Both the position numbers and the translations under genes were made by a program. Shown in pieces: positions 43,711 through 54,488 of a DNA stretch of 64,000 bases (its first letter is position 1; each line of letters begins with the position of its first letter). Origin of the DNA: Salinispira sp. (GTDB lineage Bacteria > Spirochaetota > Spirochaetia > DSM-27196 > Salinispiraceae). The DNA lies in contig CBDDDG010000010.1 of assembly GCA_965226555.1 (NCBI GenBank), positions 448,001 to 512,000 on the forward strand. The letters are read 5' to 3'. The notes below the pieces were generated by a model. The model saw only the letters and a list, made by a program, of their open reading frames with translations. It was not told the DNA's origin and did no database searches.

Positions 43711-45906
43711 CTATGGGTGCACAACGGAATTAGACGATTCTGACCACATTCCCGCTCCCTTCATGTTGACGGCACGCACCTGTAGTATGAAGGTTAGGCC
43801 TGAGCCTAATGCCGTCTTGAAGGAGAATGGGGCGAGAGCGTCGGAGCTAATAGTAGTAGGAGCTGTCCAATTGCTCTCGCTGTCTGTACTATACCGTATT
43901 TGGTATCCGGTAATGGTGCTGCCTTCGTTGGGGGTCGGCGCAGTCCAAGTTAATTTCAGTTTGTCGTCTTCTACTTCGAGAGTTGGCTTTGGGACCCTGT
44001 TAGGAACAATATCATCAGGAGTTGCCGAAGTAGTATCTGACCAATCACTATTACCCACAGTGTTCTTTGCGCGCACCTGCACATCATACGCGCTGCCGTT
44101 TGTCAGACCGGTAATGGTGTGGCTTGTGCCGGTAATGTCTGTTGAAGCAATCTGCGTCCATGCTCCGCCGCCTGTGCGATACTGCAACTCATACCCGTTA
44201 ATGGCGCTGCCGCCATCGGCAGGCGCAGTCCATTCTGCGATAATTTGCCCGTTTCCTGCTGTGAGGGTTGGAGGAACAGGCTTGGCAGGAGTATCGAGTA
44301 GAGTTGCCGAAGTAGTATCTGACCAATCACTATTACCCACAGTGTTCTTTGCGCGCACCTGCACCTCATACGCGGAGCCGTTTGTCAGGTTCATAATGAT
44401 GTGGCTTGTGCCGGTAATGTCTGTTGAAGCAATCTGCGTCCATGATGCGCTACCTGTGCGATACTGCAACTCATACCCGGTAATGGCGCTGCCTCCGTTA
44501 TTGGACGGAGCAGTCCATGTTGCGCTAATTTGCCCGTTCCCTACTGTGAGCGTTAGAGCAGTCGGCGCGGCAGGAGTATCGGGTAGAGTTGCCGTGGCAG
44601 ATGTCGACCATGGTCCAGTGCCGATCGCATTGACGGCGCGCACCTGCACCTCGTACTCGGTATCGTTTGTCAGGTTCATAATGGTGTGGCTTGTGCTTGT
44701 ACCCGCGCTAATTGGCGCAGACCATGCTCCACCGCCTGTGCGATGTTGCAACTCATACCCGGTAATGGCGCTGCCGCCATCATCGGTCGGCGCTGTCCAT
44801 GTTGCGCTAATTTCCCTGATCCCTGCTGTGAGTTCAAGCGTGGTCGGTTTCATGGGAAGGTTGCCAACAGGGGCTGCTTCTGTGGGAGTTGCTGTGGCAC
44901 TTTCCGATGGGGTACCATTGCCCGCGCTATTGACAGCGTATACCTGTACTTCGTACTCGGTGCCGTTTGTCAGACCGGTAATGGTGTGGCTTGTATCAGT
45001 AACATCAGAATCGGCAGACGAAGAAGTCGTCCACTGTCCTTGCGGGCTGGAGGTGCGATACTGCAACTCATACCCGGTAATGGGGCTGCCTCCGTCATCG
45101 GTCGGCGCCGTCCATGTTGCGATAATTTGCCCGTTCCCTGCTACAAGCGTTAGATCAGTCGGCGCTGAAGGAGATCCTTCGATCACTGTCCTTGCTGTCC
45201 TTGCTGTGCGACTTTCCGATGGGTTGCCATTGCCCGCGCTATTGACAGCGTACACCCGTACATCGTACTCGGTATCGTTTGTCAGTTCCGTAATGGTGTG
45301 GCTTGTGCTTGTACCCGCGCTAATTGGCGCAGACCATGCTCCGCCGCTTGTGCGATACTGCAACTCATACCCGGTAATGGGGCTGCCTCCAGTGTCGGTC
45401 GGCGCCGTCCATTCTGCGATAATGTGCCCATCCCCTGCTGTGAGCACAAGCTCGGTCGGCTGCATGGGAAGGTTGCCAACAGGGGCTGCTTCTGTGGTCG
45501 GTTCCGACCATTCGCCATTCCCCACATCGTTCACTGCGCGAGCGCGCACCTCATAGTCGCTGCCGTTTGTCAGACCGGTAATGATGTGGCTTGTCGCAGT
45601 ACTTTCAGGATCTAGATTTCCATCAGGACTCCATATTCCTGCAAAGATGTTCAGGATGGTAACTTCGCGATACTGTAGTTCATACCCGGTAATGGGGCTG
45701 CCTCCGTCGGCAGGCTCCGTCCAGTGAACCGTTAATTGCCCGTTCCCTGCTGTAAGGGTTGGAGCAACCATGGTACCCGGTGGGGTTGGGTTTGCAGTAT
45801 CATCCGCCGTAGTGGGTCCCGGCATTGGACATCCGACAATCAATGCAATAAACATTGCACTTAGTACAAGAAGAATTGGTATAATATGAGATTCTTTGAA
45901 ATACAT
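43711..45906 (-). CDS. Lipoprotein with about 7 fibronectin type III domains
   Basis: LIVGC lipobox; repeated WTAP.DGGS.ITGYELQYR..GLTNG..YEV.VRA.N. Confidence 0.9.
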   Translation of the reverse strand: MYFKESHIIPILLVLSAMFIALIVGCPMPGPTTADDTANPTPPGTMVAPTLTAGNGQLTVHWTEPADGGSPITGYELQYREVTILNIFAGIWSPDGNLDPESTATSHIITGLTNGSDYEVRARAVNDVGNGEWSEPTTEAAPVGNLPMQPTELVLTAGDGHIIAEWTAPTDTGGSPITGYELQYRTSGGAWSAPISAGTSTSHTITELTNDTEYDVRVYAVNSAGNGNPSESRTARTARTVIEGSPSAPTDLTLVAGNGQIIATWTAPTDDGGSPITGYELQYRTSSPQGQWTTSSSADSDVTDTSHTITGLTNGTEYEVQVYAVNSAGNGTPSESATATPTEAAPVGNLPMKPTTLELTAGIREISATWTAPTDDGGSAITGYELQHRTGGGAWSAPISAGTSTSHTIMNLTNDTEYEVQVRAVNAIGTGPWSTSATATLPDTPAAPTALTLTVGNGQISATWTAPSNNGGSAITGYELQYRTGSASWTQIASTDITGTSHIIMNLTNGSAYEVQVRAKNTVGNSDWSDTTSATLLDTPAKPVPPTLTAGNGQIIAEWTAPADGGSAINGYELQYRTGGGAWTQIASTDITGTSHTITGLTNGSAYDVQVRAKNTVGNSDWSDTTSATPDDIVPNRVPKPTLEVEDDKLKLTWTAPTPNEGSTITGYQIRYSTDSESNWTAPTTISSDALAPFSFKTALGSGLTFILQVRAVNMKGAGMWSESSNSVVHP

Positions 45907-46217
45907 ATAATAACCTCCAGTATAAAATATATCTTATATAGTATAATAAAACAAGTCTTTTAAGATAGCAAAATATGTTGAATAACAGAACTTCCCCAAC
46001 AATTTTTTTAGACCATTGCAGGAACTCTCATACGCATTCATGATCTACTAATCATCAACACATCACAGAATTCCTGAGTATTTTACCTAATGAAAAGCTT
46101 TATGTCAATCAAAAATTTCACTTTTACTGAAATTATACCTGATCATAGTCTTCTTTGCACGCAAAATGAGCATACCCCCCTTCGAAAATCCACTTATGCG
46201 CGGTACAATTCCCAATT

Positions 46218-47405
46218 ATGGGAGGGACTATGTGTTCTCAGAAAAAAAGTGTTGCCCGAACCTTTATTCAAAGGCTCGGACAGATGCTGAAAACAACCAA
46301 TTTAACCGACCCTCGGAAACGACCGGTTGTTCAGCTATCACAAATAATGGCTCTCATTATATCGATGCCATTATTTTCATGCAAGAGTCTGTTTGATCTC
46401 GATTATCTGGCTCGGAATAAACATGTTCGGAAGTTACTCGGCAGCAAACGGTATATGGTCGGTTCCGACAGCACCATACAACGGGTGATTTCTCAGATCA
46501 TACCGGATGAAGTGACGACGATGGTGGGAACCAGTATGAAGTTGTCAGTGAGTGACACTGAAGAATCGTGTTATTTGGACACGGGAGTTCATCGGAGTAT
46601 TGGTATTGTCGATGGCACCTGTGTCTTCGGGAGCGTCTGGTTCACCGTGCTGGCGCGACCGACAAAGACAGGAACGTATGCGCAGGTTGTGAGACCGATG
46701 AAGGGCAGAGGGCACGAACTGCGCGGGTCTGAAGAAATGCTTTTGAGGGAAGGAGATACCCTGCCGCAATTGTTAAGTTTCGATGGGCTCTATCTGTGTG
46801 AGCCCTTTCTTCATCTGATCTGCGCAAAATTAAAGCGTCATATTCTGGTGAAATTTCGTTCGGTAAAGCGGGATGGCACTCCGCGGAAACATGAGCGGTT
46901 GCTCCTTGATCGCGCAGCCCGCTATATGGAACATCAGGGGTTCTATAGTGATGCAGTCCAAACCGCGAGCGGGTATGATTATCAACGATCAACGAGTTAC
47001 CAGATTGAGGCAGTGCTTGACGAATGGCATGGCGTTCCGGTGCTGGTGCTGCGGGTCACTGAAGGGAAGGAGACGTTCTGGGTAATTACGAGTGATGTAC
47101 ATCTGTCATTGCCTGCTGCGCGGGAAGCTGCGCACCTGCGGTGGAGCATAGAGAATGATGAGTTTAAGCGCATGTCGTATCTTACCGGCACCAAGAGAGT
47201 GCGGACGCATAACAAGATCGCCGCTGTGTGTTTGTTGTGCTGCATTGCCATGGGGGTCAATTTTCTCACCAGTATCAACCATGTGCTGGCGAGCGTCGTA
47301 ACAAAAACGCTTCCTGTTAAGCGAACATGGAAAATAACAGGGCGGTGGATATGGAAGGGAATAAAATGGCAGATTCGCACAGGAGGGATGTCTGTGTTGA
47401 GCTAA
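46218..47405 (+). CDS. DDE transposase (IS4/ISAs1-like fold, family uncertain; likely start 46230)
   Basis: DPRK, SDSTIQR, IVDGT, FDGLY, RWSIEN..FK; TIRs not identified. Confidence 0.75.
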   Translation: MGGTMCSQKKSVARTFIQRLGQMLKTTNLTDPRKRPVVQLSQIMALIISMPLFSCKSLFDLDYLARNKHVRKLLGSKRYMVGSDSTIQRVISQIIPDEVTTMVGTSMKLSVSDTEESCYLDTGVHRSIGIVDGTCVFGSVWFTVLARPTKTGTYAQVVRPMKGRGHELRGSEEMLLREGDTLPQLLSFDGLYLCEPFLHLICAKLKRHILVKFRSVKRDGTPRKHERLLLDRAARYMEHQGFYSDAVQTASGYDYQRSTSYQIEAVLDEWHGVPVLVLRVTEGKETFWVITSDVHLSLPAAREAAHLRWSIENDEFKRMSYLTGTKRVRTHNKIAAVCLLCCIAMGVNFLTSINHVLASVVTKTLPVKRTWKITGRWIWKGIKWQIRTGGMSVLS

Positions 47406-47717
47406 GTAGTGAACAATCGGTCGTTTTCGAGGGCAGTCTACCGAGTTGATTTCCTTACATATCACTAACACACAATCAACGCAGACCGGCGGTTCTGCGG
47501 CGGGGGTGGTCTATGCGCCCGGTATTCCCGCCACATACTCACTGCTCAAGGGCAAAATCTCCCTCCATTATTCTGTCAAAATCCCGTCAAAAAAATTGTT
47601 GGGGAAGTTCTGGTTGAATAATTATTGGGTAATATTTTCTTAAATGGGGTAATTTCTTTCACTCCAGATTTGATTTGACGCTGAGAACTGGAAGGATCAT
47701 TCCCATATAAGCATTAT

Positions 47718-47757
47718 TAATGGTTATTAGTGGTTTTTAGTGGTTTTTAGTGGTTTT
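47718..47757. repeat. Decamer tandem repeat (TAGTGGTTTT), continuing at 49010-49024 after the IS
   Basis: Direct reading. Confidence 0.85.
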
Positions 47758-49009
47758 TGGGATATAAACCTTTGGACAGACCCCTCCTCCCCAGTGTAAA
47801 ACGAAGGTTATTCGTATACACTGGGGGTTGTATAAAACATAAAAGGAGGGAAACAGTGAACAGTAGTATCACATATTCTCAGTATCATCTCAAGTCTCGG
47901 AAGTATCAGGCGGCTTCGATGTATGATTGGCGGTTGCGGATGGTTCGGTATGCCCAGGAGCATTCGATCAAGGCGGCTGCTCGGGAGTTCGAGGTGTCGC
48001 GCAACACGGTGCGGCGGTGGGTTCGGCGCTTTGAATCCGGCGAGGGGCTTGAAGACAAAAAGCGGGGCACGACCAATCATCCGATGAAGATGAAATTCGG
48101 GCACCGGTGTCATCTCGAGAGTCTTGTCCAGACCAAGAATCGGAATCACAACAAAATCATTGGAACGCAGGTGCAAAAGCAGTTGAAGGCGGAAGTTGGC
48201 GGGAAGTACAGCCTGCCGACGATTATCAAGACGCTAAAGCAGATAGGGGCGCAGAAAACAAAGAAGCCGAAGGCGCGGCCCAAGAGAGATTTGCGGGAGG
48301 TAACCGACAGGATGAAGTTCGGCGAGTGCATTCAGATTGATATCAAGTATCTGACGGACATTCCCGCTATGCGGTTTTCTCAGAAGTGTTTAGACGTTCC
48401 GAAGTACCAGATAACTGCCCGGGATCGGGCGACAGGGGCTCTGTGGTACGCCTTTGCCAATGAGAAGAGCAGTATGGTAACAACCTTGTTCGCCGAGTAC
48501 CTGCTGGAGCACCTGCGGAATCATGACGGAGACCTTGCCAAGGACATAACGGTTCAGACCGATAACGGGGCAGAGTTCACCGTTCGACATCTGAGCAAAA
48601 CCCGAACATCGGGGTTTGAGCAGGCGCTCATACAGGCGGGTGTCGAGTATCGGCGTATTCCGCCCGGGCATTGCACATGGAACAGTTCTGTCGAGTCCTC
48701 GCACCGGCTCATTGAGGATGAGTTCTACAGTCAGGTGATGAATCCAAAGCTCAATGAGTTTCTTAAGGAAGCCGAGGAGTATCAGATAGATTTCAATTAC
48801 CGGCGGTTCAACACCTACCGCAAAGGGACTCCGCTGGATCTTTTGAGGCAGCGGAATACCGATGTGGATAGTGATATTCTCCGGCTCAAGCCGATCATAA
48901 TGGAGCAACGGCTCACACGGCCGACGCTTGAGCGATGGAGGGCTTGGCACTCGGAAGAAATGATCGCATAATAGGTCAAAGTGGGGTCTGTTCAAACCTT
49001 AATATCCCA
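47758..49009 (+). mobile_element. IS481-family insertion sequence (1252 bp)
   Basis: 27-bp imperfect TIRs TGGGATAT..CAGACCCC, 5-bp duplication GTTTT. Confidence 0.88.
47856..48971 (+). CDS. IS481-family transposase (HTH + rve integrase core)
   Basis: AAREFEVSRNTVRRWVRRF, QIDIK, VQTDNGAEF, N..VE.SHR..EDEFY; GTG start behind AGGAGG. Confidence 0.9.
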   Translation: MNSSITYSQYHLKSRKYQAASMYDWRLRMVRYAQEHSIKAAAREFEVSRNTVRRWVRRFESGEGLEDKKRGTTNHPMKMKFGHRCHLESLVQTKNRNHNKIIGTQVQKQLKAEVGGKYSLPTIIKTLKQIGAQKTKKPKARPKRDLREVTDRMKFGECIQIDIKYLTDIPAMRFSQKCLDVPKYQITARDRATGALWYAFANEKSSMVTTLFAEYLLEHLRNHDGDLAKDITVQTDNGAEFTVRHLSKTRTSGFEQALIQAGVEYRRIPPGHCTWNSSVESSHRLIEDEFYSQVMNPKLNEFLKEAEEYQIDFNYRRFNTYRKGTPLDLLRQRNTDVDSDILRLKPIIMEQRLTRPTLERWRAWHSEEMIA

Positions 49010-49091
49010 GTTTTTAGTGGTTTTAAAATTGATATTTTCCCTATAATGTGTTATCCTTTATTACAGGGACTTTCTGAAACTGTTATACTAC

Positions 49092-49127
49092 CCGTTGTTA
49101 CACGATGGGTGGGAGCAGTCGGGAATT
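49092..49127. repeat. 36-39 bp box, also at 52277, 54061, 55660, 57205, 58762
   Basis: ccgttgttacacgatggg(cga)tgggagcagtcgggaatt. Confidence 0.9.
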
Positions 49128-49172
49128 AAATTACCTGAGAAAAAATACTATTTAAGCATAAGGAGTTAAATT

Positions 49173-52130
49173 ATGCATATTACATTACCTAAAGGGAAAA
49201 CCTTTTTCGTATTCTGCGCAATTTTTATTATATTGATTGCTGGATGTCCAACACCGGTAGATAACCCAGTGGACACTGCAACCCCGCCGGGTACCATGGT
49301 TGCTCCAACCCTCACAGCAGGGAACGGGCAATTAACGGTTGCATGGACTGAGCCAACTGATGGCGGCAGCGCCATTACCGAGTATCACCTTCGCCATAGC
49401 GCGGACGGCGGTACCAACTGGTCGGACATTATTAATGTCGCCGTGCCAGCCACAAGCCACCCCATCACGGAACTGCGCAACGGTACCTCGTACAGTGTAC
49501 AGGTGCGTGCCGTAAACGCGCGGGGAGAAGGCAAATGGTCGCCGAGCGCAGAAGGAATTCCTGTTGACGTTCCCATGGCGCCGACTGGTCTCGCTCTCAC
49601 AGTGGGAGATGAGACACTTACTGCAACATGGACGGAATTAGAGCCGACCGACACTGGCGGCAGCCCTATCCTTCATTATGCAGTGGAACACCGCGAACCA
49701 GAAGCCGAGTGGCCGCAAACTCCCAGTGCATCCACCGCCGATGCCGGCACCCTGACCCTCGACATCCCCAACCTGAAAAACGGCACCGAGTACGAAGTAC
49801 GGGTATACGCTGTCAATGATCAGGGAGATGGAAACCGATCAGAAATTGCAGCGGCAACCCCTGCCACCGTTCCTGATAAGCCGAACGCTCCAACCCTCAC
49901 AGCGGGAAATGAGCAACTTACCGCAACATGGACTGCGCCGGACAATGGCGGAAACGCTATTATTCGGTATGAAGTGCAGTATCGCACCTCCAGCCCGCAA
50001 GGACAGTGGACGACTTCTTCGTCTGCCGATTCTGATGTTACTGATACAAGCCACACCGTCACAGGACTAACAAACGGTATCATGTACGAAGTACAGGTGC
50101 GCGCCGTGAATTCGGTGGCTGAGGATGCGGGAAATGGAGCGGGAGTTGGCGCATGGTCAACATCTGCGACAGAAACCCCTGTTGACGTTCCCAAGGCGCC
50201 GACTGGTCTCGCTCTCACAGTGGGAAATGGAAAACTTACCGCAACATGGGAAAAGCCGACCGACACTGGCGGCAGCCCTATCCTTCGGTATGCAGTGGAA
50301 CACCGCGAAAAACGCGAACCAGAAGCCGAGTGGCCGCCAAATCCCAGTGCATCCACCGCCGATGCCGACACCCTGACCCTCGACATCACCGGCCTGACAA
50401 ACGGCACCGAGTACGAAGTACGGGTATACGCTGTCAATGATCAGGGGCCTGGAAACCCATCAGACATTGCCGCGGCAACCCCTGCCACTGTGCCTAATGT
50501 GATAAGGCTTGAAGATGGTATAAGATCACCAAATGGCCAACATTCCATTTTCATCACCTTTCCACTGCTGACCGAAAGCGACACTGGCGGAAGCAAAATC
50601 ACCCAGTATGATCTGCGATATAAAAAATCTGATGTAGCGGGATGGACAGAACTCACAAATATTACCTTTATAAAAACTGAGGGAGGTATATTCATCACTA
50701 TCGACACCGAAACCATACAAGCTAAAGTCGCCAGCAATCCGCTACTGGAAGCAGGCACCTTCTATAATATAGAGGTGCGCGCCGTCAACGCAATCGGCGC
50801 TGGCGACTGGTCGGCTACTGTCAGTGTAACAACTATAAGCGCCGTCGAACCTAAGGCGCCGGGTAATTTCATGATTACAGCGAGAGATGAATCCATAGTT
50901 GTTACTTGGACAGTGCCGGACAATGGCGGTAGTCCAATTACCGGTTATTCGTTGCAGTATGGAGATCCACATCCAACGAATCCGCAGTCCCTTAGTTTGG
51001 GAAGCATCGGGGTTGCTATTGATAAGAACGCCGTAACCCACACCATTACGGGGCTGCAAAACGGTAAAACCTACAGAGTGTATATGTTTGCATTCAACGC
51101 GATCGGCAATGGTACCCACACGGTTGCGAAGGACGCAACCCCAATTGGTCCTCCTAAAGCGCCGACTGGTCTAACGCTTACGATGGGAACCGATGCCCAG
51201 CTTGGCGTGGGATGGACTGCGCCGACCGATGACGGAGGCACGGACACGGGCATTACCAAGTATGAGTTGGAGTATAAGCTGAGCTCTGGCAACTGGGATA
51301 CTTCTGCCGATGTTACTCGGCAGACAATTGCCTCCGCTACCCCCCCCGTTCCCACCACCGCTACCATTACGGGTCTAACGAACGGCAGCGCATACCATGT
51401 GCGGGTTCGCGCTGTGAACTCCGAAGGCGATGGTGACTGGTCGACATCTGCCGCGGCAACCCCCGTCGCTATTCCCGATAAGATAGTGATTAGCGAAACT
51501 CCAGCTTCAACTTCAACCCGATATTCTATAAGCATCTCATGGTCACTACCGGACCACAACGGGAGCCCCATTGACCGGTATGATCTGCAATATAAAAAAT
51601 CTGTTGAGATTGGATGGACAGAACTCACAGGTATTACCCTTAATGCTGATGGTCAATCATTCACTCTCGACACCGAAGCCATACGCGCTGACAACCCCAG
51701 CAATCCGATACTGGCTGCAGGTACCGCCTATAATATAGCGGTGCGCGCCGTCAACCCGCAGGGCACTGGCGACTGGTCGGATACTGCCAGTGTAACAACT
51801 CAAGCGGAGAATAGCGGCAGCACCAAGCCTGCTGTGCCTAGTTTCGCGATTGCAGGGGGAGATGGGCAAATAGTTGTTAACTGGTCAGCTCCGGACGATG
51901 GCGACAGCGAGATTACCTATTATGTTGTGTGGTATGGAGATCCATCTTCAGATGGTTCGACGCTTGTAGCAAATACCCGCGAATTTGATACCATTGTGGA
52001 TGGGAGCGCCACAACCCATACCATTACGGGACTGACAAACGGTAAAAAGTACGGAGTGTATGTGCAGGCATGCAACAGGATTGGCTGCGGAGACCCCGAC
52101 ATCACACCTCTTAAAACAGTAGAACTATGA
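49173..52130 (+). CDS. Lipoprotein with about 9 fibronectin type III domains
   Basis: LIAGC lipobox; repeated FN3 motifs. Confidence 0.9.
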   Translation: MHITLPKGKTFFVFCAIFIILIAGCPTPVDNPVDTATPPGTMVAPTLTAGNGQLTVAWTEPTDGGSAITEYHLRHSADGGTNWSDIINVAVPATSHPITELRNGTSYSVQVRAVNARGEGKWSPSAEGIPVDVPMAPTGLALTVGDETLTATWTELEPTDTGGSPILHYAVEHREPEAEWPQTPSASTADAGTLTLDIPNLKNGTEYEVRVYAVNDQGDGNRSEIAAATPATVPDKPNAPTLTAGNEQLTATWTAPDNGGNAIIRYEVQYRTSSPQGQWTTSSSADSDVTDTSHTVTGLTNGIMYEVQVRAVNSVAEDAGNGAGVGAWSTSATETPVDVPKAPTGLALTVGNGKLTATWEKPTDTGGSPILRYAVEHREKREPEAEWPPNPSASTADADTLTLDITGLTNGTEYEVRVYAVNDQGPGNPSDIAAATPATVPNVIRLEDGIRSPNGQHSIFITFPLLTESDTGGSKITQYDLRYKKSDVAGWTELTNITFIKTEGGIFITIDTETIQAKVASNPLLEAGTFYNIEVRAVNAIGAGDWSATVSVTTISAVEPKAPGNFMITARDESIVVTWTVPDNGGSPITGYSLQYGDPHPTNPQSLSLGSIGVAIDKNAVTHTITGLQNGKTYRVYMFAFNAIGNGTHTVAKDATPIGPPKAPTGLTLTMGTDAQLGVGWTAPTDDGGTDTGITKYELEYKLSSGNWDTSADVTRQTIASATPPVPTTATITGLTNGSAYHVRVRAVNSEGDGDWSTSAAATPVAIPDKIVISETPASTSTRYSISISWSLPDHNGSPIDRYDLQYKKSVEIGWTELTGITLNADGQSFTLDTEAIRADNPSNPILAAGTAYNIAVRAVNPQGTGDWSDTASVTTQAENSGSTKPAVPSFAIAGGDGQIVVNWSAPDDGDSEITYYVVWYGDPSSDGSTLVANTREFDTIVDGSATTHTITGLTNGKKYGVYVQACNRIGCGDPDITPLKTVEL

Positions 52131-53293
52131 TCGTGAAGAAGTAACCCCGCTGGCTTCCCATGCGACTGTTGCTTGAGACTGTTGCTGGTCGGAGGCTGCG
52201 GCGGGTTGCTCGCCATGCGACTGTTGCTTGAGACTGCGGGCTCCTGCTCGCCATGCGGCCGGGCTGCTCGCCCATTCCGTTGTTACACGATGGGCGATGG
52301 GAGCAGTCGGGAATTTTTGCTACTGGAAATTGTGCTTGCACAATTTTCCAATGCAAAAATTTCTTTTATGGTGTTTGATGTGAAATCATCTGAAATACGA
52401 GACGGCATTCACTGAAATTCCACCATCAATAGCGATACTTCTTTCGGGCTATCTTACGCAGTCAATCGGATATCGCCATAGCCGAGCTTCCTGAGCTTCC
52501 TGAGCGCACCCGCCGCCGGAAACTGCTGCTCCTGCCTTAATGCCCGAAACACCGAATACTCTCTTACCGGGCAATTCATATCAATCCACCTTTGAAAAAC
52601 ACAACATTCTTTCAAAAAACACATAGAAAATTGTGCTCTGCACAATTTCCAGCAGCAAAACTTTCATACAGTCAAAAATGACATTTCTCCCGTCACAGAT
52701 ATAGGAGGAACAGTATGAAAAAATCATCCCAGAGCACAGGACAGATTCACGACATAGCCTTCAAGATCGCCTACAAAAACCCCCTGATGATTCTCGACCT
52801 GCTGCGGCTGTTTTGTGAGGATACGGCGCTTGCCAAGCTGGACTTGGACAAAATCCGCATTGAAACCCCCAGCTACATTGCAGGAAAAAAGAACCTTCTC
52901 TGCGATCTCGTTGTCAGCGCCCCCTTCCTGTCAGCCCCAGATCGGAAGGCTCTATTCATTATTGAGCACAAAAGCTACCAGCACAAACACGTTCTCACAC
53001 AGATCGATGACTATCAATATGTCGTCAGAAACAGCGATGTGTACAATGAAAGGGATGCTATTTATATACTGCTGCTCTACCACGGAAAAAAGGAATGGAA
53101 CCTCCCGCTCACATTTTACAGTTCGCATGAAAACCCAGCTTCCGAATCCCTTACCGAAGGCACGGTGGATGTCAAGGTGAAAGTGTCGTACATTGTGCGC
53201 GATCTGAGGCGAATGGACAAAAGGCAGTTGATATGGCGCTCCGATGGAAAACGATATACATCGACTGCGTTGTGGTATATAATGAGAGATAAT

Positions 53294-53396
53294 AACAAAG
53301 TTTTTCCTAAAGGAAAAACTTTCTATACCGTGAGAGAATCAAGAGTATAGATGAGAGAATCCTCATTTGAAAATTGTGCAGAGCACAATTTTCAGT
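53294..53396 (+). mobile_element. 103-bp composite hairpin element in rpn
   Basis: Absent from paralogs; related reverse copy at about 58796-58904. Confidence 0.85.
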
Positions 53397-53552
53397 GAGA
53401 TGGATGCTGAGGGGCTGAAAGAGATTGCGCAGCTCCTGAACGGTCTGTCTTCACATGAATTTAATTGCCTAGCAGAGGGTGTGCTGGGGTATATGAAAAA
53501 TTTAGGACTGTATGAACAGTTTGAGAAAATTGACAGGAAACTATATCCTGGA

Positions 53553-53682
53553 CAAAGTTTTGCCACAGGCAAAACTTTCTACAAAATGAGAGAATGCCAA
53601 GCGCAACGAGGCATGCCAAATTTGAAACTTTTGCATTGGGAAATTGTGCTCTGCACAATTTTCCAATGCAAAAGTTTCAGGA
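53553..53682 (+). mobile_element. 130-bp composite hairpin element in rpn, apparent GGA duplication
   Basis: Paralog cctGGAggagaaaac vs cctGGA[..tttcaGGA]ggagaaaac. Confidence 0.85.
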
Positions 53683-53694
53683 GGAGAAAACAGT

Positions 53695-53946
53695 ATGCGG
53701 ACATATAATATTACCAACCCCTTTATCAGGGAAGGCATGGAGAAGGGTATGGAGAAAGGTATTCTGAAAGGCCGTGTTGAAGGTCTTGAGCAGGGCATGG
53801 AGAAGGGTATTCTGAAAGGTCGGCAGGAAGGCATTCGAGAAACGGCTCGCAGTATGTTTTTGGAAGGGTTGTCGACAGATGCTGTTCAGAGGATTACCGG
53901 GCTGAGCGATGAGGAAATGCGGATAGTGCGGAACGGATCGCATTAA
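53695..53946 (+). CDS. Intact RpnS-like small ORF (83 aa) of the disrupted rpn
   Basis: AGGAGGAG-aaaacagt-ATG, open to the normal stop. Confidence 0.6.
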   Translation: MRTYNITNPFIREGMEKGMEKGILKGRVEGLEQGMEKGILKGRQEGIRETARSMFLEGLSTDAVQRITGLSDEEMRIVRNGSH

Positions 53947-54488
53947 TTGCAGCGCCGCTCGGCCTGCTCGTTCGAGCACCCGGCTTCCCATGCGACTGTT
54001 GCTGAGAGGTCGGAGGCTGCGGCGGGCTGCTCGGAGACTGCGGGCTCCTGCTCGCCCATTCCGTTGTTACACGATGGGCGATGGGAGCAGTCGGGAATTT
54101 TTGCTACTGGAAATTGTGCTTGCACAATTTTCCAATGCAAAAATTTCTTTTATGGTGTTTGATGTGAAATCATCTGAAATACGAGACGGCATTCACTGAA
54201 ATTCCACCATCAATAGCGATACTCTTTCGGGCTATCTTACGCAGTCAATCGGATATCGCCATAGCCGAGCTTCCTGAGCGCACCCGCCGCCGGAAACTGC
54301 TGCTCCTGCCTTAATGCCCGAAACACCGAATACTCTCTTACCGGGCAATTCATATCAATCCACCTTTGAAAAAAACAACATTCTTTCAAAAAACACATAG
54401 AAAATTGTGCTCTGCACAATTTCCAGCAGCAAAACTTTCATACAGTCAAAAATGACATTTCTCCCGTCACAGATATAGGAGGAACAGT

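Larger units (their letters stand above)
52715..53946 (+). pseudogene. Rpn right array copy 1, disrupted by two hairpin-element insertions
   Basis: Collinear with 54489-55499 apart from inserts 53294-53396 and 53553-53682. Confidence 0.9.

Noticed and set aside
43466..45556. 696-aa plus-strand ORF
   Set aside because: Antisense shadow of the FN3 lipoprotein gene
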